Both the position numbers and the translations under genes were made by a program. Below are positions 26,723 to 40,404 of a stretch of DNA of 64,000 nucleotides, one piece after another. A model generated the notes under the pieces. The model did not search any database. It was given only the letters and a program-made list of their open reading frames with translations, and was not told where the DNA came from. This DNA comes from Eledone cirrhosa (Eukaryota), in NCBI GenBank assembly GCA_964016885.1, contig OZ024744.1, positions 77,376,001-77,440,000 of the forward strand. The letters run 5' to 3'. Numbering within the stretch: position 1 is the stretch's first letter; every line of letters begins with the position of its first letter.

Positions 26723-27290
26723 GAGACACGATGGGATAGCTAGAACCATCTGGAACGCACTTCGGAAAACAAAATTAACAACAAACGAGGAAGAATATAT
26801 TGAGACAGATGGCACTAAGGAATAGTGGTGGAACCTGAAAATAAAAACTGCCACCAAATTAAAGCACAACCGGCCTGATATTGTAGTTTGGGACCACACA
26901 TTGAAAACGTGTTCTGTTGTGGAGATCAGCTGCCCACTTGATGTAAACGTTGTCAGAAAAATACAGGAGAAGGAGGACATCTACGGACCATTAATGAGGA
27001 GTTTACAAATCCAGTATCCAAGATACACCTTTAGCTTCATACCCATCATTATTGGAGCTACGGGTTATATACCAACCCGCTTGGACCAAAGTATGACTGA
27101 ACTTGGATTTGCGGACAAAGAGCGCAGCTCCCTAATTCATAGTCTACAAATGGCTGCGATAGCTGGCACCTTCGAAATTTGCAAAACATTCTTGCGATTC
27201 AAGGGATGACAATTTCTTTTCTTTTACAACCTTGCCACCAGGAAGGTGGCCGGTCAAAAAAATATACTCGAAATTAAGAGAAAGAGATAA
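26722..27290 (+). mobile_element. R4/Dong-like retrotransposon 3' end (restriction-like endonuclease) within (TACA)n
   Basis: RHDGIARTIWN...HNRPDIVVWD....CSVVEISCPLD...EKEDIY...IPIIIGATG (PD..E/D-xK RLE) with one in-frame stop; (TACA)n on both sides. Confidence 0.85.
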
Positions 27291-27597
27291 CATACATACA
27301 TATATACATACATACATAGTGAAAAGGGGAGATAAGAGGAGGGACAAAAAAGGGGAGATAAGGGTGGACAGAAGAATCTACAAGGAAAGAATAATAATCA
27401 TGCTGAGGGTACGCAATAGAAAGGAGGAGGTAAAATGAGGGAAGAGAGGTGGGGGTAGAAAGGACGGGGAAGGGGAATATTTAAAAAAATGGAAAGAATG
27501 TCATAAGAAAAATAGGAAGGAGGAGAAGAAGGTAGAGAAAGAATGAGTAGAAAGGGGTAAGAATATGAAGGAGGAATAGGAGGAAGTATACAAATAT

Positions 27598-27598
27598 G

Positions 27599-27665
<67 letters not shown>

Positions 27666-27676
27666 TGGTAGTAGTG

Positions 27677-27710
<34 letters not shown>

Positions 27711-27774
27711 AGGTGGTGGTGGTGGTGGTAGTATAGTAGTAGTAGTAGTAGTAGTGGGGGTGGTGGTGGTAGTA

Positions 27775-27805
<31 letters not shown>

Positions 27806-27884
27806 TGTGGTGGTGGTAGTAGTAGTAGTAGTAGTTTAAGTAGTAGTAGTAGTAGTAGTAGTAGTGGGGGTGGTGGTGGTAGTA

Positions 27885-27915
<31 letters not shown>

Positions 27916-27947
27916 TGTGGTGGTGGTAGTAGTAGTAGTAGTAGTTT

Positions 27948-27983
<36 letters not shown>

Positions 27984-28140
27984 AGGCGGTGGTGGTGGTA
28001 GTAGTAGTGGTGGTGGTTGTAGTAGTAGTAACAGTTGCAGTAGTAGTGGTGGTGGTAGTAGTGGTGGGAGTGGTGGGAGTGGTGGTCTTAGTGGAGGTGG
28101 AGGTGCCGGTGGTGGTAGTCGTAGTAGTAGTGGTGGTATA
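27598..28140. repeat. (TAG/TGG)n trinucleotide array
   Basis: Direct reading; similar (TGG)n arrays at 31727-32182 and 34790-35215. Confidence 0.95.
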
Positions 28141-29467
28141 CAACCGTCACATGAAGCAAAGTTAGTGTAGAGTATAAGTACGTGTGTCTATAATTTGAAA
28201 TGTGTGCGTCTCAAACCAAATGACCACAATAATGGTTTCTGATTTAGGCACAAGGCCAACAATGTTAGTGGGGGAGCCGATTAAATCTACCCCAGTGTAT
28301 TACTGGTACTTTATTTTATCAACCCTGTAAGGATGAAAGACAAAGCTAACCTCGGCGTGATTTGAACTCAGAAAGTAAAAGGGCGTAACTCTATGCCGCA
28401 TAGCATGGTGCCGGATGCTCTACCGATTCTGTCAACCCACAATAAAAAAATTTAAGAGCTGAAACATTTGCTTGGGGGGTGTGTGGATGGGTGGGAGTTC
28501 TTCTCTGCTGACCAGTTCTCCTGAGAATTTCTTATCACCGATAGTCAATCACTATAAATAATTGTTTCTACTTTAGACACAGGCCAGCAAATCCCTCAGT
28601 GCATTACTGGTACTTTATTTTATCGACCCCGTAAGGATGAAAGGCAAAGTTAACCTCGGCGGGGTTTGAACTCATATCATAAAGAGGCGTAACTCTACGC
28701 TGCAAAGCATGGCGTCTGGGAAAATATCTCTGGTGATAGATACAAGTGGATTGAGTGGTGTGTGTCTGTTCACTTTTACTCAATTCTCGCAACTATTATT
28801 TAATGCATTGGCGGCATCAGTAGAACGTTAGACACCAGTATTTGCAGCACAGAGTTATGGCCCTTTATAATCTGAGTTTAAATCCCACCGAGGTTAGCTT
28901 TGCCTTTCATCCTTACGGGGGTTAACAAAAATAAAGTGCCAGTAATGCACTGGGTAATTGCTGGCCTTATCCCCCAAAATAGAAACAATTATTTAAAGCA
29001 TTCATGGTCTCGTAACTCCCGAGGGAGTCGTAAAGGCGCCGAATTAAGATATAGGGGCTTCAAAGGTATTTTAACAATTGGTGGAGCCCATCCCCTCTCC
29101 AAGTCTGAATATAGCAGATTTCTTCCAGAGAAAGATACAGAGTGAGAGAAGAGAAGTCAGAAAGAGGTATAAGAGGAAGAATTAACCTCAGTACTTGACT
29201 GGTATTATTATTATTTTTTTTTTTTTCAAATTTCAAATTTTGCCAATGCCTTTAAAGTCAACCATTGTTTATAGTTTGTGTGTGTGTGTCTACCTACATC
29301 AACGATGAAACTGAAATACCGGTGCGTTACGATCGAAGTTCCTTGCGTTATTTGTTCTTCTGCACCGTGGTACGGACACTCCATTGTCGTTTATAACATC
29401 AGAAGATGCGATGAACTAGTCTTTGGATATGATGAAAAGCAACTGTAACCAACAGCACTGTGGTTCA

Positions 29468-31520
29468 TTATTTGTTATACAGAATGGGCGGTGGATTGGC
29501 AGTATCGGTAGAGGGTCGGACGCCATGCTTTGACGCATAGAGTTACGGCCCTTGCCATTCTGAGTTCAAATCCCGCCGAGGTTAACTTTGCCTTTCATCC
29601 TTACGGGGTCGATACAATAAAGTACCAGTAATACACTGAGTAATTGCTGGCCTTGTGCCAAAAGTAGAAACAATTATTTGTTATACAGAATGGGCGGTGG
29701 ATTGGCAGTATCGGTAGAGGGTCGGACGCCATGCTTTCCAGCATAGTTACGTCCCTTTACGATCTGAGTTCAAATCCATCCGAGGTTGACTTTGCCTTTC
29801 ATCCTTACGGGGTCGATAAAATAAAGTACCAGTAATGCACTGGGTAATTGCTGGCCTTGTGCTAAAATTAGAAACAATTATTTGTTATACAGAAATTCAT
29901 GGGGTATAAAATAAAATTCGTTGTAACGAAAAATTCTTTATAACGAGATTGACCGAAACAAATGGAGCGTTTGTTTCTTATTACCTCGGGGATTGAAAAC
30001 ATGTTCGTTATACTGAAAAAATCGTTATAATGGTATTCGTTAATACGGAATTTTACCTGTATAAAATCAACATGAAAAAAATAAGAGAATTTCAATTAAT
30101 CTATAAACTTAGACTGCAGCTCTGAATGGGGTTGCGACAGGGTTTGTGAGTTAAATCAGGTTGGTATCGTGTTCTGGCGGTAAATATCTTGCAAAGGACC
30201 GCTTAAATAAGAAAGTTATTCAGCCAAAATATAGAGTTTAAGGATTTCATTTATTCATTTATTCATTTATTTGGACCAGAGGTTCTAAATTTTTTAGCCA
30301 TAACCCTCCCACCCCATCCCTCTCGGCCACGTAATACCCTCAGTGCTCCACCCTTATTTCCAGAGAGACCTACCTACACGCAAATTGTAAATAATATATA
30401 ATAAACAAAATCGTTAATATATATATAATTGTTTCTACTTTAGGCACAAGGCCAGCAATTACCCAGTGCATTACTGGTACTTTATTTTATCGACCCCGTA
30501 AGGATGAAAGGCAAAGTCAACCTCGGATGGATTTGAACTCAGATCGTAAAGGGACGTAACTATGCTGGAAAGCATGGCGTCCGACCCTCTACCGATACTG
30601 CCAATCCACCATATATATAATAAGAGAAAAATGTTCCGGTTTCTTGGGATTAATTATTATTGTGGTTTGGCAGTATCGGTAGAGCGTCAGGCACCATGCT
30701 TTGCAGCATAGTTATGGCCCTTTGCGTTCTGAGTTCAAATCCCGCCGGGGTTAACTTTGCCTTTCATCCTTACGGGGTCGATAAAATAAAGTACCAGTAA
30801 TACACTGGGTAATTGCTGGCCTTGTGCCAAATGTAGAAACAATTATTTGGTGGATTGGCAGTATCGGTAGAGGGTCGGACGCCATGCTTTGCAGCATAGA
30901 GTTACGGCCCTTTATGATCTGAGTTCAAATCCATCCGAGGTTAACTTTGCCTTTCATCCTTACGGGCTCGATAAAATAAAGTACCAGTCACGCACTGGTA
31001 TCGATTTAATCGACTTTCGCCTCCTCCCAAATTGCTGGCCTTGTGCCTATACTAGAAATAATAATTTTTCGTCTTTCTGCGCGGTGGATTGGCAGTATCG
31101 GTCGAGGGTCGGACGCCATGCTTTGCAGCATAGAGTTATGGTTCTTTATGGTCTGAGTTCAAATCCCGCCGAGGTTAGGCTTGCCTTTCATCCTTACGGG
31201 GTCGATGAAATAAAGTACCAGTAATACACTGAGGTAATTGCTGGCCTTGTGCCAAAAGAAGAAACAATTATTTTATTAGGTAGTTCAAATCCCGCCAAGG
31301 TTAACTTTGCTTTTCATCCTTACAGGGTCGATAAAATAAAGTACCAGTAATGCACTAAGTAATTGCTGGCCTTGTGCCAAAAGAAGAAACAATTATTTTA
31401 TTAGGTAGTTCAAATACCGCCGAGGTTGACTTTGCCTTTCATCCTTACGGGGTCGATAAAATAAAGTACCAGTAATGCACTGGTGAATTGCTGGCCTTGT
31501 GCCAAGCGTAGAAACTATTA
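29468..31520. mobile_element. SINE cluster (8 copies: 2 +, 1 -, then 5 + in tandem)
   Basis: Copies at ~29485, 29690, 30427(-), 30660, 30848, 31080, 31280, 31405. Confidence 0.9.
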
Positions 31521-32474
31521 TTTTTGTCTTTCTCACTGTATTCTAAATCTTTCTAAAGTTTATTGGTGGGGATGGGATAGGCTGGGTTGGAATATGGAGA
31601 AAATATACTTTCACAGATGGCAATAAAGTGCTTAATGGCTTCATTTTTGGTATTTTTTCATAGCTCTTACATCTGTTATCAACTGATGGATTGGATGATT
31701 TCTTTCTTTTGTATATTAGGTACCTAATGGTGACGGTGGTGGTGGTGGTGGTATTGGTGGTGGCGGTGGTGGTAATGATGGTGGTGGTTGTGGTGGTGAT
31801 GATGGTGGTGGTGGTGGTGGTGGTGGTGGTGTTGATAGTGGAGGTGGTAGTGGTCGTGGTGGTGGGGGTATTGGCGGTGGTGATGTTGGTGGTCGCCGTG
31901 ATGGTGTTGGTGGTGGTGATGGTGGTGATGGTGGTCGTCGTCGTGGTGTTGGTGGTGGTGGTGCTGCTGGTGATGATGGAGGTGATGGTGGTCGTCGTGA
32001 TGGTGTTGGTGGTGGTGGTGATGGTGGTGGTGGTGGTGGTGATGGTGGTGATGGTGGTGATGGTGGTCGTCGTGGTGGTGTTGGTGGTGGTGGTGATGGT
32101 GGCGGTAGTGATGGTGGTCGTCGTGGAGGTAGTGATGGTGGTGGTTGTGGTGGTGGTGGTGGTGGTCGTCGTCATCGTCCTGGTGGGATGACTTGCTCCT
32201 GAATTGCAAGGAGATAACCTTCAAGTTGAGATGCTATAAACCTGTCGGTACTCTTTGCCAGTCTTCTGGTATGGCTTACTCTCTGAATGGTCAACATTTT
32301 CTCTCTTTCATGTCCCCCACCTACTATTTACTACTGCAATTTGTGATGTCAAATTTGATTGATTTGTTATCAGCAAGTAAAGAGCCGTACCGAGTCTTGG
32401 TTAGGCGTTGAATAGCAGCTACCAGTAGTTATGGAACTTTGACTAATTGTAAAGGTTTGATAATCCATCAATGT

Positions 32475-32513
<39 letters not shown>

Positions 32514-33126
32514 TGGCTGCCAACTTGTTTTCGAGTACGGCCACTACTTTATATCCATGTAGGAGTAGCCTTACCGATGCGCTGAACGAGTGTGACTTTT
32601 TAGTCCAGCCAGCGACTTGAAAACTCTGGTACAAACACTACACTTGTGACAATTATTGACACATAGTGCTGGACCCATGGTACCATGTGACGACAAGTGC
32701 AGAGAGATCTCCAGATATAAAGCAATGCCTGTGCCGTGAAGCTTTTATAGTGAGCAAAGGCACTGCACAAAGCCAGTCCCACTCTCTTAACCAAGATGAT
32801 ATTTACCAAAAAGAAGAACAAGTCAACATCATTGGATACCATCAGGGTTGCAGGTGTTATATCAGAGTTTTCCTTCTCCTAGAATTCTGCCTTGACAAAG
32901 GCTAAGGGGTCATCTCTCCCGGTGATTTTGGATGGCCATTGACTCTTAAGAGCTCCTTTGTCCTTTGACAGGTTTTGTTTTTAGTCCTGCAGGATTTCCA
33001 AAGTCACCCTCCTCACCAAGAAACCTTGGTGGGGTTGCCAGTTTAGTTGCCCAACGATCCGACCATGGGACAGGTTGTACTGGGATACATGTTACCAGTA
33101 GCACCATATATATATATATATACTGT

Positions 33127-33165
33127 ACGAGCTGAAGATCCGCTAAGGTGAAAAATTGTTCTCGT
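33127..33165 (+). ncRNA. Minimal hammerhead (probable 1-nt deletion in stem III)
   Basis: ACGAG-CTGAAGA-T-CCgctaaGG-T-GAAA-AATTG-TT-CTCGT; restoring a C gives palindromic ACAATTGT; the ~125-bp element lies between (TA)n and (TC)n(TA)n. Confidence 0.55.
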
Positions 33166-33242
33166 TTTGGTGAACTAACTGTTGTGTTACTACTTCTACC
33201 AAACTCGTCCCATCGACTGAGTGCTCTAGCACTACAGTGTTC

Positions 33243-33349
<107 letters not shown>

Positions 33350-33539
33350 ATGTGTGTGGTGTTCTTTCTTGTATTTTACAATATCCTTTTATTGATGGGT
33401 AAAGGTTTTAGCAACAGAGCACGTCAGCCACTACATGTAAAAGAATGGTTCCACTTCTCCTTGCCAAGCTGCTGTTTATTTTACTACAAGAAAGATAAAC
33501 AAATCTCGGGGGTTGTCTGGCCGTTTCCTCTTCATACCG

Positions 33540-33810
33540 GTCACCATCGAGACCTCAAGCGTACTTGGACCCCGTAATGCCGAGCTCCTCTAATAGATTA
33601 GAACGTCAGCGACCCGCCTGAGGAAGGAGCACCGCGAAGTTGGGTGGCTGTTGTAGTGGGTCTCGCTGGCCCTAGTCCGTGGGAATGCTTTTGTGGTCTT
33701 GGCGCGTATCCCCAACACCGCCGCGCGCGAGGCCCAGAACCCAATCACACACTCCCTTCTCCCTCCCCATTCTTCTGTGACACTAGAGCCCTTGCTTTCC
33801 CTTCCTTTTC
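33540..33810 (+). mobile_element. CRE-clade 3' fragment (second subfamily)
   Basis: TIETSSVLGPR...REVGWLL.WVSLALVRGNAFVVL; homologous copy at 46640-46940. Confidence 0.65.
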
Positions 33811-33949
33811 TATTTTTTAAATATTTTTTATTTTACATTCCATTCTTTCTTGTCAATCTATTTTTTTCTTTTTCTATTAAATTGTTTATACTATTATAAA
33901 CATCAAACTGTAAATATTCTTAATTAAACAAAACTTCTTACTACAAGTA

Positions 33950-34220
33950 CTGTGAGTGTGTGTCTGTGAAATATATATACATATACACCAGGTCCGAACA
34001 CAAAGGAACCAAACTCCCACTGTAACTGCCTCCTCCATTGCCCGCTCTCCCCATCTCTCACAATTATGAGCAAATGAGGAGCCCACGCGCTGGCCGCCCC
34101 GTGGCCCCGGCGCACAGAATAGAGAGGACGTTTCCCTGTAGGATGGTGAGGGAAACGCTCTGGAAGAACCATTCCAGCTCGCGAGGCTCACACCTGCGGG
34201 TAGCCAACTCTGTGGTGATG
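33950..34220 (-). mobile_element. CRE-clade 3' fragment
   Basis: Nucleotide homology to 9400-9680. Confidence 0.7.
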
Positions 34221-34428
34221 GTGGTTTAATTATACATCCCCTCATTTCCTTCTTTCCACCATGCAGCCATATGGTCAGAGCCGTTACAGTCGTGACACTC
34301 TCGTCTTGTTTTCAAAAATAGTGTATCTAGAATTACATATTTCGAAAACACCCCTTTCATTTTAAGACGGCAGTATAGCATGATGTAGATTTTACTACTG
34401 TTTCTAGCAGGTCAGTGACTGTTTAAAG

Positions 34429-34771
34429 AAGGAGTGTGCAACATATTCCATTGGCGGGCCACTTTTGAACATTGGAACAACTATTAGGGCCAATCACTGT
34501 CAAAAATATGTAATCTATTGAAAACCAATGAATTGAGCCATAAATACACTGTGAATACATTTTTAAACAATAAAGACAAATAAAATATAATTTAGTTTTA
34601 TTAATGTGAGACTTCGTATTTGGTATTTTAGCACAATTTATCAATGTCTGGTTATGAAAAATATTCTAAATAAGCCTACAAGGTAAAAATTAAAAATGGT
34701 CATCGCGGGCCACTCTGACTGGTCTGGCGTGCCGGATTTTGGCCCGCGGATCGCCTGTTTGCACACCCTTG
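34429..34771. mobile_element. hAT-type MITE
   Basis: Ends AAGGAGTGTGCAAC / GTTTGCACACCCTTG, subterminal GCGGGCC motifs, TSD GTTTAAAG/ATTTAAAG. Confidence 0.6.
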
Positions 34772-35484
34772 ATTTAAAGGCTTATCTCGTTGATGGCTGT
34801 AGTAGTGGTTGTTTGTATTTGCTATAGATTGGGGCTTATGGAGGTGGTGGTGGTGGTGGTGTGGTTAATGGTGATAGTGATGGTAGTAGTGGTCATGGAG
34901 GTGATGGTGGTGATTGTGGTGGTAGTGTTGGTGGTGTTTGAGATGGTGGGGTTTGAGATGGCGGTGGTGGAGGTGGTGGGGATTGGTCATGGAGGTGATT
35001 GTGCTGAGGGTGTTGGTCGTGGTTGTGACGGTGGTGGTGTTTGTAGGGGTGATGGTGGTGGTGGTGGTAGTGATGGTGATGATGATAGGGGTGGCGGTGA
35101 TGGTGGAAGTGGTAGTGGTGATGGTGATGATGATGTTGCTGCTGTCGATAGAAGTAGCAGTGGTGTTGGTGTTAAAGATGATAGAGGAGGAGGTGGTGGT
35201 GATGGTAGTTGTTTTGCTGTTAACAACTGAAGCGTGACCGTAACCTTTCACCTGAAAAGAGCATTGTTGAAATTTACAACATTTAAAATACTTTTATTTT
35301 ATTTCCCTGTATTAAAATATCCGTAGCGCAGAAAGCTGAGTAAGGGTCATTTCAATTCAGTATTCAAGATGATCTTCCGATACCCCCACACATTTTTTTC
35401 TTTACTTAAAAATTCCATTTCTGTTTTACATTCCACAGTTAAAAATATTCTTTATAGCTTAAAAAAAAAAAAAAAAAATAATAA

Positions 35485-35519
<35 letters not shown>

Positions 35520-37674
35520 ATCAAAAATGTTCTTTTCTATCCAGATTTTTTCTCCGGATTGTTTGTTTGTTTGTTGTTGTTATAGGTTGTGGTGGTGGTG
35601 ATGATGGTGGTGGTGATGGTGGTGGTAGTGGTGGTGGTAGTAGTGGTTATGACGGTGTTGTTGTTGTTATTGCTGTTGCTGTTTACCCGAAGCTCAGCCC
35701 AGCCAAATCTTAGCAGACATGATAGGCAGTGAATTTGGCAGAGTCGTTAGAACGTCGGATAGAATGCTTTGCGGTATTCATTCCGACTCTGTGCTCTTTG
35801 AGTTCAAATCCCGCTGCAATCAATTTTGCCTTTCATACATTTGAGGTCGATAAAAAAAAAGTACCAGTCTAGTACAAGGGTCGATTCTTCTTCTATATAT
35901 ATATATATATATATACAATACATTAACAGAGAAAGCCTTAAGCTATACTCTGACTGGCTTCCATCTCACTCAACAAACATTAGGATATACCTTGGTATAA
36001 TCCCAATTTTACGTTTGGGGTGCTAACTATATGTATTTTGCAGAAGACCAGTAGTATTATTTTATATGAGACATAATTAAAATATATCTCCTTTTCCAAA
36101 CAATTGCTTCATTATAAGTTTTCTACATATATAAATCTTTATATATATATATTTTTCTCGCTTCCATTCTTTCACTTTCTCTATCTTTCTCTGGAAGAAA
36201 TCTGCTGTACTCAGGCCTGGAGAAGATATGGGCTCAGTCTGGTTAAAAAAAAAAAAAAAAATACCCTAGAAACGTCGTATCTTAATACGGCACTCTCAAC
36301 GACCCCCCTCAGGAGTTTTGGGATTATACATTCTAGTCATGATTAGGGAGACGCGCTGGAAGAGCCATTCCAACTCGCGAGGTTCACACCTGCGTGTAGC
36401 CGATGGTGGTTAGCAGAGAGGTGGTTAGCCCTGGGGCCAAATATACTAGAAGTGTCCACGTAATTGATATTTGGTTGACACTCGGCTTGATTTGCGAAAG
36501 AAGCAAAACTCAAAGGAAGTTAGAAATAATAATAATTGTTTCTACTTTTGGCACAAGGCCAGTAATTATCCCAGTGCATTACTGGTACTTTATTTTATCG
36601 ACCCCGTAAGGATGAAAGGCAAAGTTAACCTTGGCGGGATTTGAACTCAGACCGTAAAGGGGTGTAACTCTATGCTGCAAAGCGTGGCGTCCGACCCTCT
36701 ACCGATACTGCCAATTTACCGCCTTTTTCAAATAATAATAATAATAATTGTTTCTACTTTTGGCACAAGGCCAGCAATTACCCAGTGCATTACTGGTACT
36801 TTATTTTATCGACCCCGTAAGGATGAAAGACAAAGTTAACCTCGGCGGGATTTGAACTCAGAAATGACATTTTCACAGAATGAAGGAAATATATTTTAGA
36901 ATTGTTTGTGTATTACCATAATTGGAAAACAAGGATGATAGCTTATGATCTTACGATCGCTGTCACTAAACACTAAGAAATAAAATTTAATAATGTTTCT
37001 ATATTTGGTACAAGGCTAGCAAGTACCCCAGTGCATTACTGGTACTTTATTTTAACGTTGCCCGATAGAGTGTGTAGCTCGGAGATCAGAAAGTCATTCC
37101 AGGTAGAGCCGCTACTTCTCCGAATTGAGAGATCACAGCTCCGATACTATGGGCATTATGGTTAAATCGCTGAACAGACTTCACGGGTAAAACCAACCGG
37201 CAAAAATGAAATTATAATTTTATAAAAACACAATTTTTTTAATATACAATAAGGATACACAGATCAGATACCCAGCAAGATTGGACCAGAGCATTCCCCA
37301 GCCCACTTAGTGATAGTAGCCTCCTACCATTTCTTAAAATGGGTGTATCTGAACGATTCCTGTGAGCAACGGTGTTGTTTGACTGAACACAAAATCCCCT
37401 AAAACCTCTAAGAAACCCCACATTAGTTGACCATAGACTACTAAAGTTATTTCGCCAGCAGTCTATCATGTCTATCAAGTCCAACTCCTCTCCCGCAATC
37501 AAAACATCCCAGTCACCTTTCTCTTCCTTCAGGTTTTTTTAGTAGTTCTGTCAGTTCTTTGCATGTTTTGTGATGAATACAAAATGATCGATGTACAGAC
37601 CTACTGATGGAACTTATGCAACTTCTTAATTCTTACAATCAGCTATAAAATCTGCAATAATCACATGATCCACT

Positions 37675-38330
37675 TGACAGGTGCAATGTGTCCGAACACG
37701 GAAGAGCCGGACTCCCACCGTCATTTCCCCCATCTCTCTGTATAGTGAGCAAATAGGGTCCCACGTGCTGGCCGCCCCACACCCCCGGCGGGCAGAATGG
37801 AGAAGGCGTTTCCCCGGAGGTTGGTAAGGGAGATGCGCTGGAAGAGGCGTTCCATCTCAAGAGGGTCATACCCACGGCTGGGTAGCTCAGCGCCTATAGT
37901 GGTGAGTAAGGAGGTAGCCCTAGGGCCAAAGACACCAGAAGTCTCCACTGCCAAGGGCACGACCGCAAACCCGTCGGAGAACGATCGGTACTTGGAAAGT
38001 TTGCTCTCCTCAGCTCGAAGTGTAGCAGAACCTGGGTTAGTCGCAGAGTGCACTAGGTTGCCGCTGGAGGATGTGTCGCTGCAAGTGGCATCCCAGACGA
38101 GGGGTTTGCCACCGCGGAACAGGAAGATGGCCATACCCTCTGGCCTTTTGTCATCCCCTCGGTCCAGCCCCACCGGCTCGAGCTGGGAGGAGAAGCTTGC
38201 TGCATCCAAGCCATGTTTTATGACCTCGTTGAGGGCAGCATGGCGTGGAAGGTGGCCGGTACTGTAGCGACAGGAAAGCGGGTGGAGGCCGAAAGAGTCC
38301 ACGCTGGATCCTCAGAGACATCTGCGAAGA
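37675..38330 (-). mobile_element. CRE-clade non-LTR retrotransposon C-terminus (Zn-knuckle + RLE)
   Basis: ORF 37721-38302: HPLSC...RHAALNEVI...EPVGL...KRPEG...LVWDATCSD...AEESKLSKY...PLAVETSGVFG...LFQRISL..LRGNA. Confidence 0.88.
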
Positions 38331-38367
38331 ATTGTGAACTAGAATTCGACGTGACTGGAGATTGACT

Positions 38368-38440
<73 letters not shown>

Positions 38441-38447
<7 letters not shown>

Positions 38448-38741
38448 AAAAAAAGATGAAATCGAAAATGCAACTGGAGTCTTATTTTAAAAAAAATATA
38501 TATATTTATTTGGTTCCTTTGCCGGTTTCGCAGTTCTTCTGCTTTTCAAAAGTAGAGTTGAGATGGAGGGTCTGTGGTTTTTCTCACATCTCACATCAGA
38601 TGTGAGAAAAACCACAGACCCTCCATCTCAACTCTACTTTTGAAAAGCAGAAGAACTGCGAAACCGGCAAAGGAACCAAATAAATATATATATTTTTTTT
38701 TAAATAAGACTCCAGTTGCATTTTCGATTTCATCTTTTTTT

Positions 38742-38748
<7 letters not shown>
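38441..38748. repeat. Near-perfect 150-bp-arm palindrome in (TA)n carrying a decayed hammerhead in each arm
   Basis: 38441-38591 vs 38598-38748; the arm contains CTTT-TGAAAA-GCAGaagaaCTGC-GAAA-CCGG-C-AAAG; a partial direct copy follows at 38779-38850. Confidence 0.9.
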
Positions 38749-38781
<33 letters not shown>

Positions 38782-38901
38782 AAATAAATATATATATTTT
38801 TTTAAAAATAAGACTCCAGTTGCATTTTCAATTTCATCTTTTTTTCTTTATACTTTCACTCGTTATTTTTCATTTTGTAAAAAAAAACTCAATTTCTAAT
38901 A

Positions 38902-38934
<33 letters not shown>

Positions 38935-39504
38935 CTGCTAAACCTTTCTCTGTCCGCTTGTCATCCTACATAAAAAATCTTTAAAAAAATGAATAAATAA
39001 AAAATTGGTGAGCACAAATGCGCTTGTGATCATTTTAAGTCAAGCTAGTTTTAGGTTAGCTTATTTAACTCCTGTGATTTTGACCGATAATTTATAGTAC
39101 TTGGAAAGTCTTAAACTCGTTTATTTCTTCTTTTTCAATAAACAGCTTGTCATTATCGCTTTGCATGAGGTCTTCCATTAGTTTCACGAAGAGAATATTA
39201 ATGTTCCGCAGAACCGTGAAAATATAAATAAAAATGACCATGACAAAAATTTAAGAATAGGCAATTATTCTAAAGATGGTAATGATCAGTATGACAATAA
39301 TCCCAAAATAGAAACAATTAGAGAATTAAAATCAATAAATCTTCTTATGGACCAAACAAAAGTACTCCCCAGGATGAATGAATATCAACGATGAAATATG
39401 AGCGACAATAAAAACGCTAACTTAACCATGACAGGCTTACTGAAAACATACGCAAATATTAATATCAGCAGTAATGTTTATATATTAATGAAGCAAGAGC
39501 TGTA

Positions 39505-40090
39505 ATAATCCTTTCTGATTTAGGCACAAGGCCAACAATTTTGGAGGAAAGGGAAAGCCGATTAAATCGGCCCAGTTCATTACTGATACTTTATTTTATC
39601 GACCCTTAATGATGAAAGACGAAGCTAACCTCGGCGGGATTTGAACCCAAAATGTAAAGAGCCATAAACGCTGTGCTGCTAACATGGTATCCGATGCTCT
39701 ACCGATTCTGCCAATCAACTGCTGTATTTACTAAGCAAATAATAATGATTTCTAGTATAGGCACAAGACCAGTAATTTGGGGGAGGGGGGAAGTCGATTA
39801 AATCGACCCCAGTTCATTACTGGTACTTTATTTTAGCAAATAATAATTTTTTCTACTTTTGGCACAAGGCCAGCAATTATCCTTGTGTATTACTGGTACT
39901 TTATTTTATCGACCCCGTAAGAATGAAAGGCAAAGTCAACCTCGGCGGGATTTGAACTACCTAATAAATTAATTGTTTTTCCTTTTATCACAAGGCCAGT
40001 AATTTCTCCCAATGTATTACTGGTACTTTAAATGGTCATAACTCTATACTGTTAAGCATGTTCTCCGACGCTCTACCGATTCTGCCAATA
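39505..40090 (-). mobile_element. Cluster of nested/truncated SINE copies
   Basis: Four partial minus-strand SINE units. Confidence 0.8.
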
Positions 40091-40152
40091 TGTTTATATA
40101 TCAATGTAGCAAGAGCTACATTAAAATTTATATATTAATGTAGTAACAACAA

Positions 40153-40378
40153 CCGGTCGCTCTCCGACAGGTTTGCGGTCGTTCCCCTGGCAGTGGAGAC
40201 TTCTGGTGTCCTCGGCCCCAGGGCTACCTCCTTACTCACCACCATAGGCGCTGAGCTGGCCAGTCGTAGGTGTGAGCCCTGCGAGGCGAGTTGGAGTGGC
40301 TTTTCCAGCGCATCTCCCTTGCCGTACTCCGGGGAAACGCCTTCGCCATTCTGTCCACCGGGGCTGTGGGTGGGCCAT
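40153..40378 (+). mobile_element. CRE-clade 3' fragment
   Basis: VETSGVLGPRATSLLTTIGAELASRRCEP. Confidence 0.75.
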
Positions 40379-40404
40379 TAAATACCATTCTTTCATCTCG
40401 TAAC

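Noticed and set aside
31543-32224. Thr-, His- or Val-rich ORFs (also 24068-24500, 27946-28143, 34790-35251)
   Set aside because: Translations of trinucleotide microsatellites.
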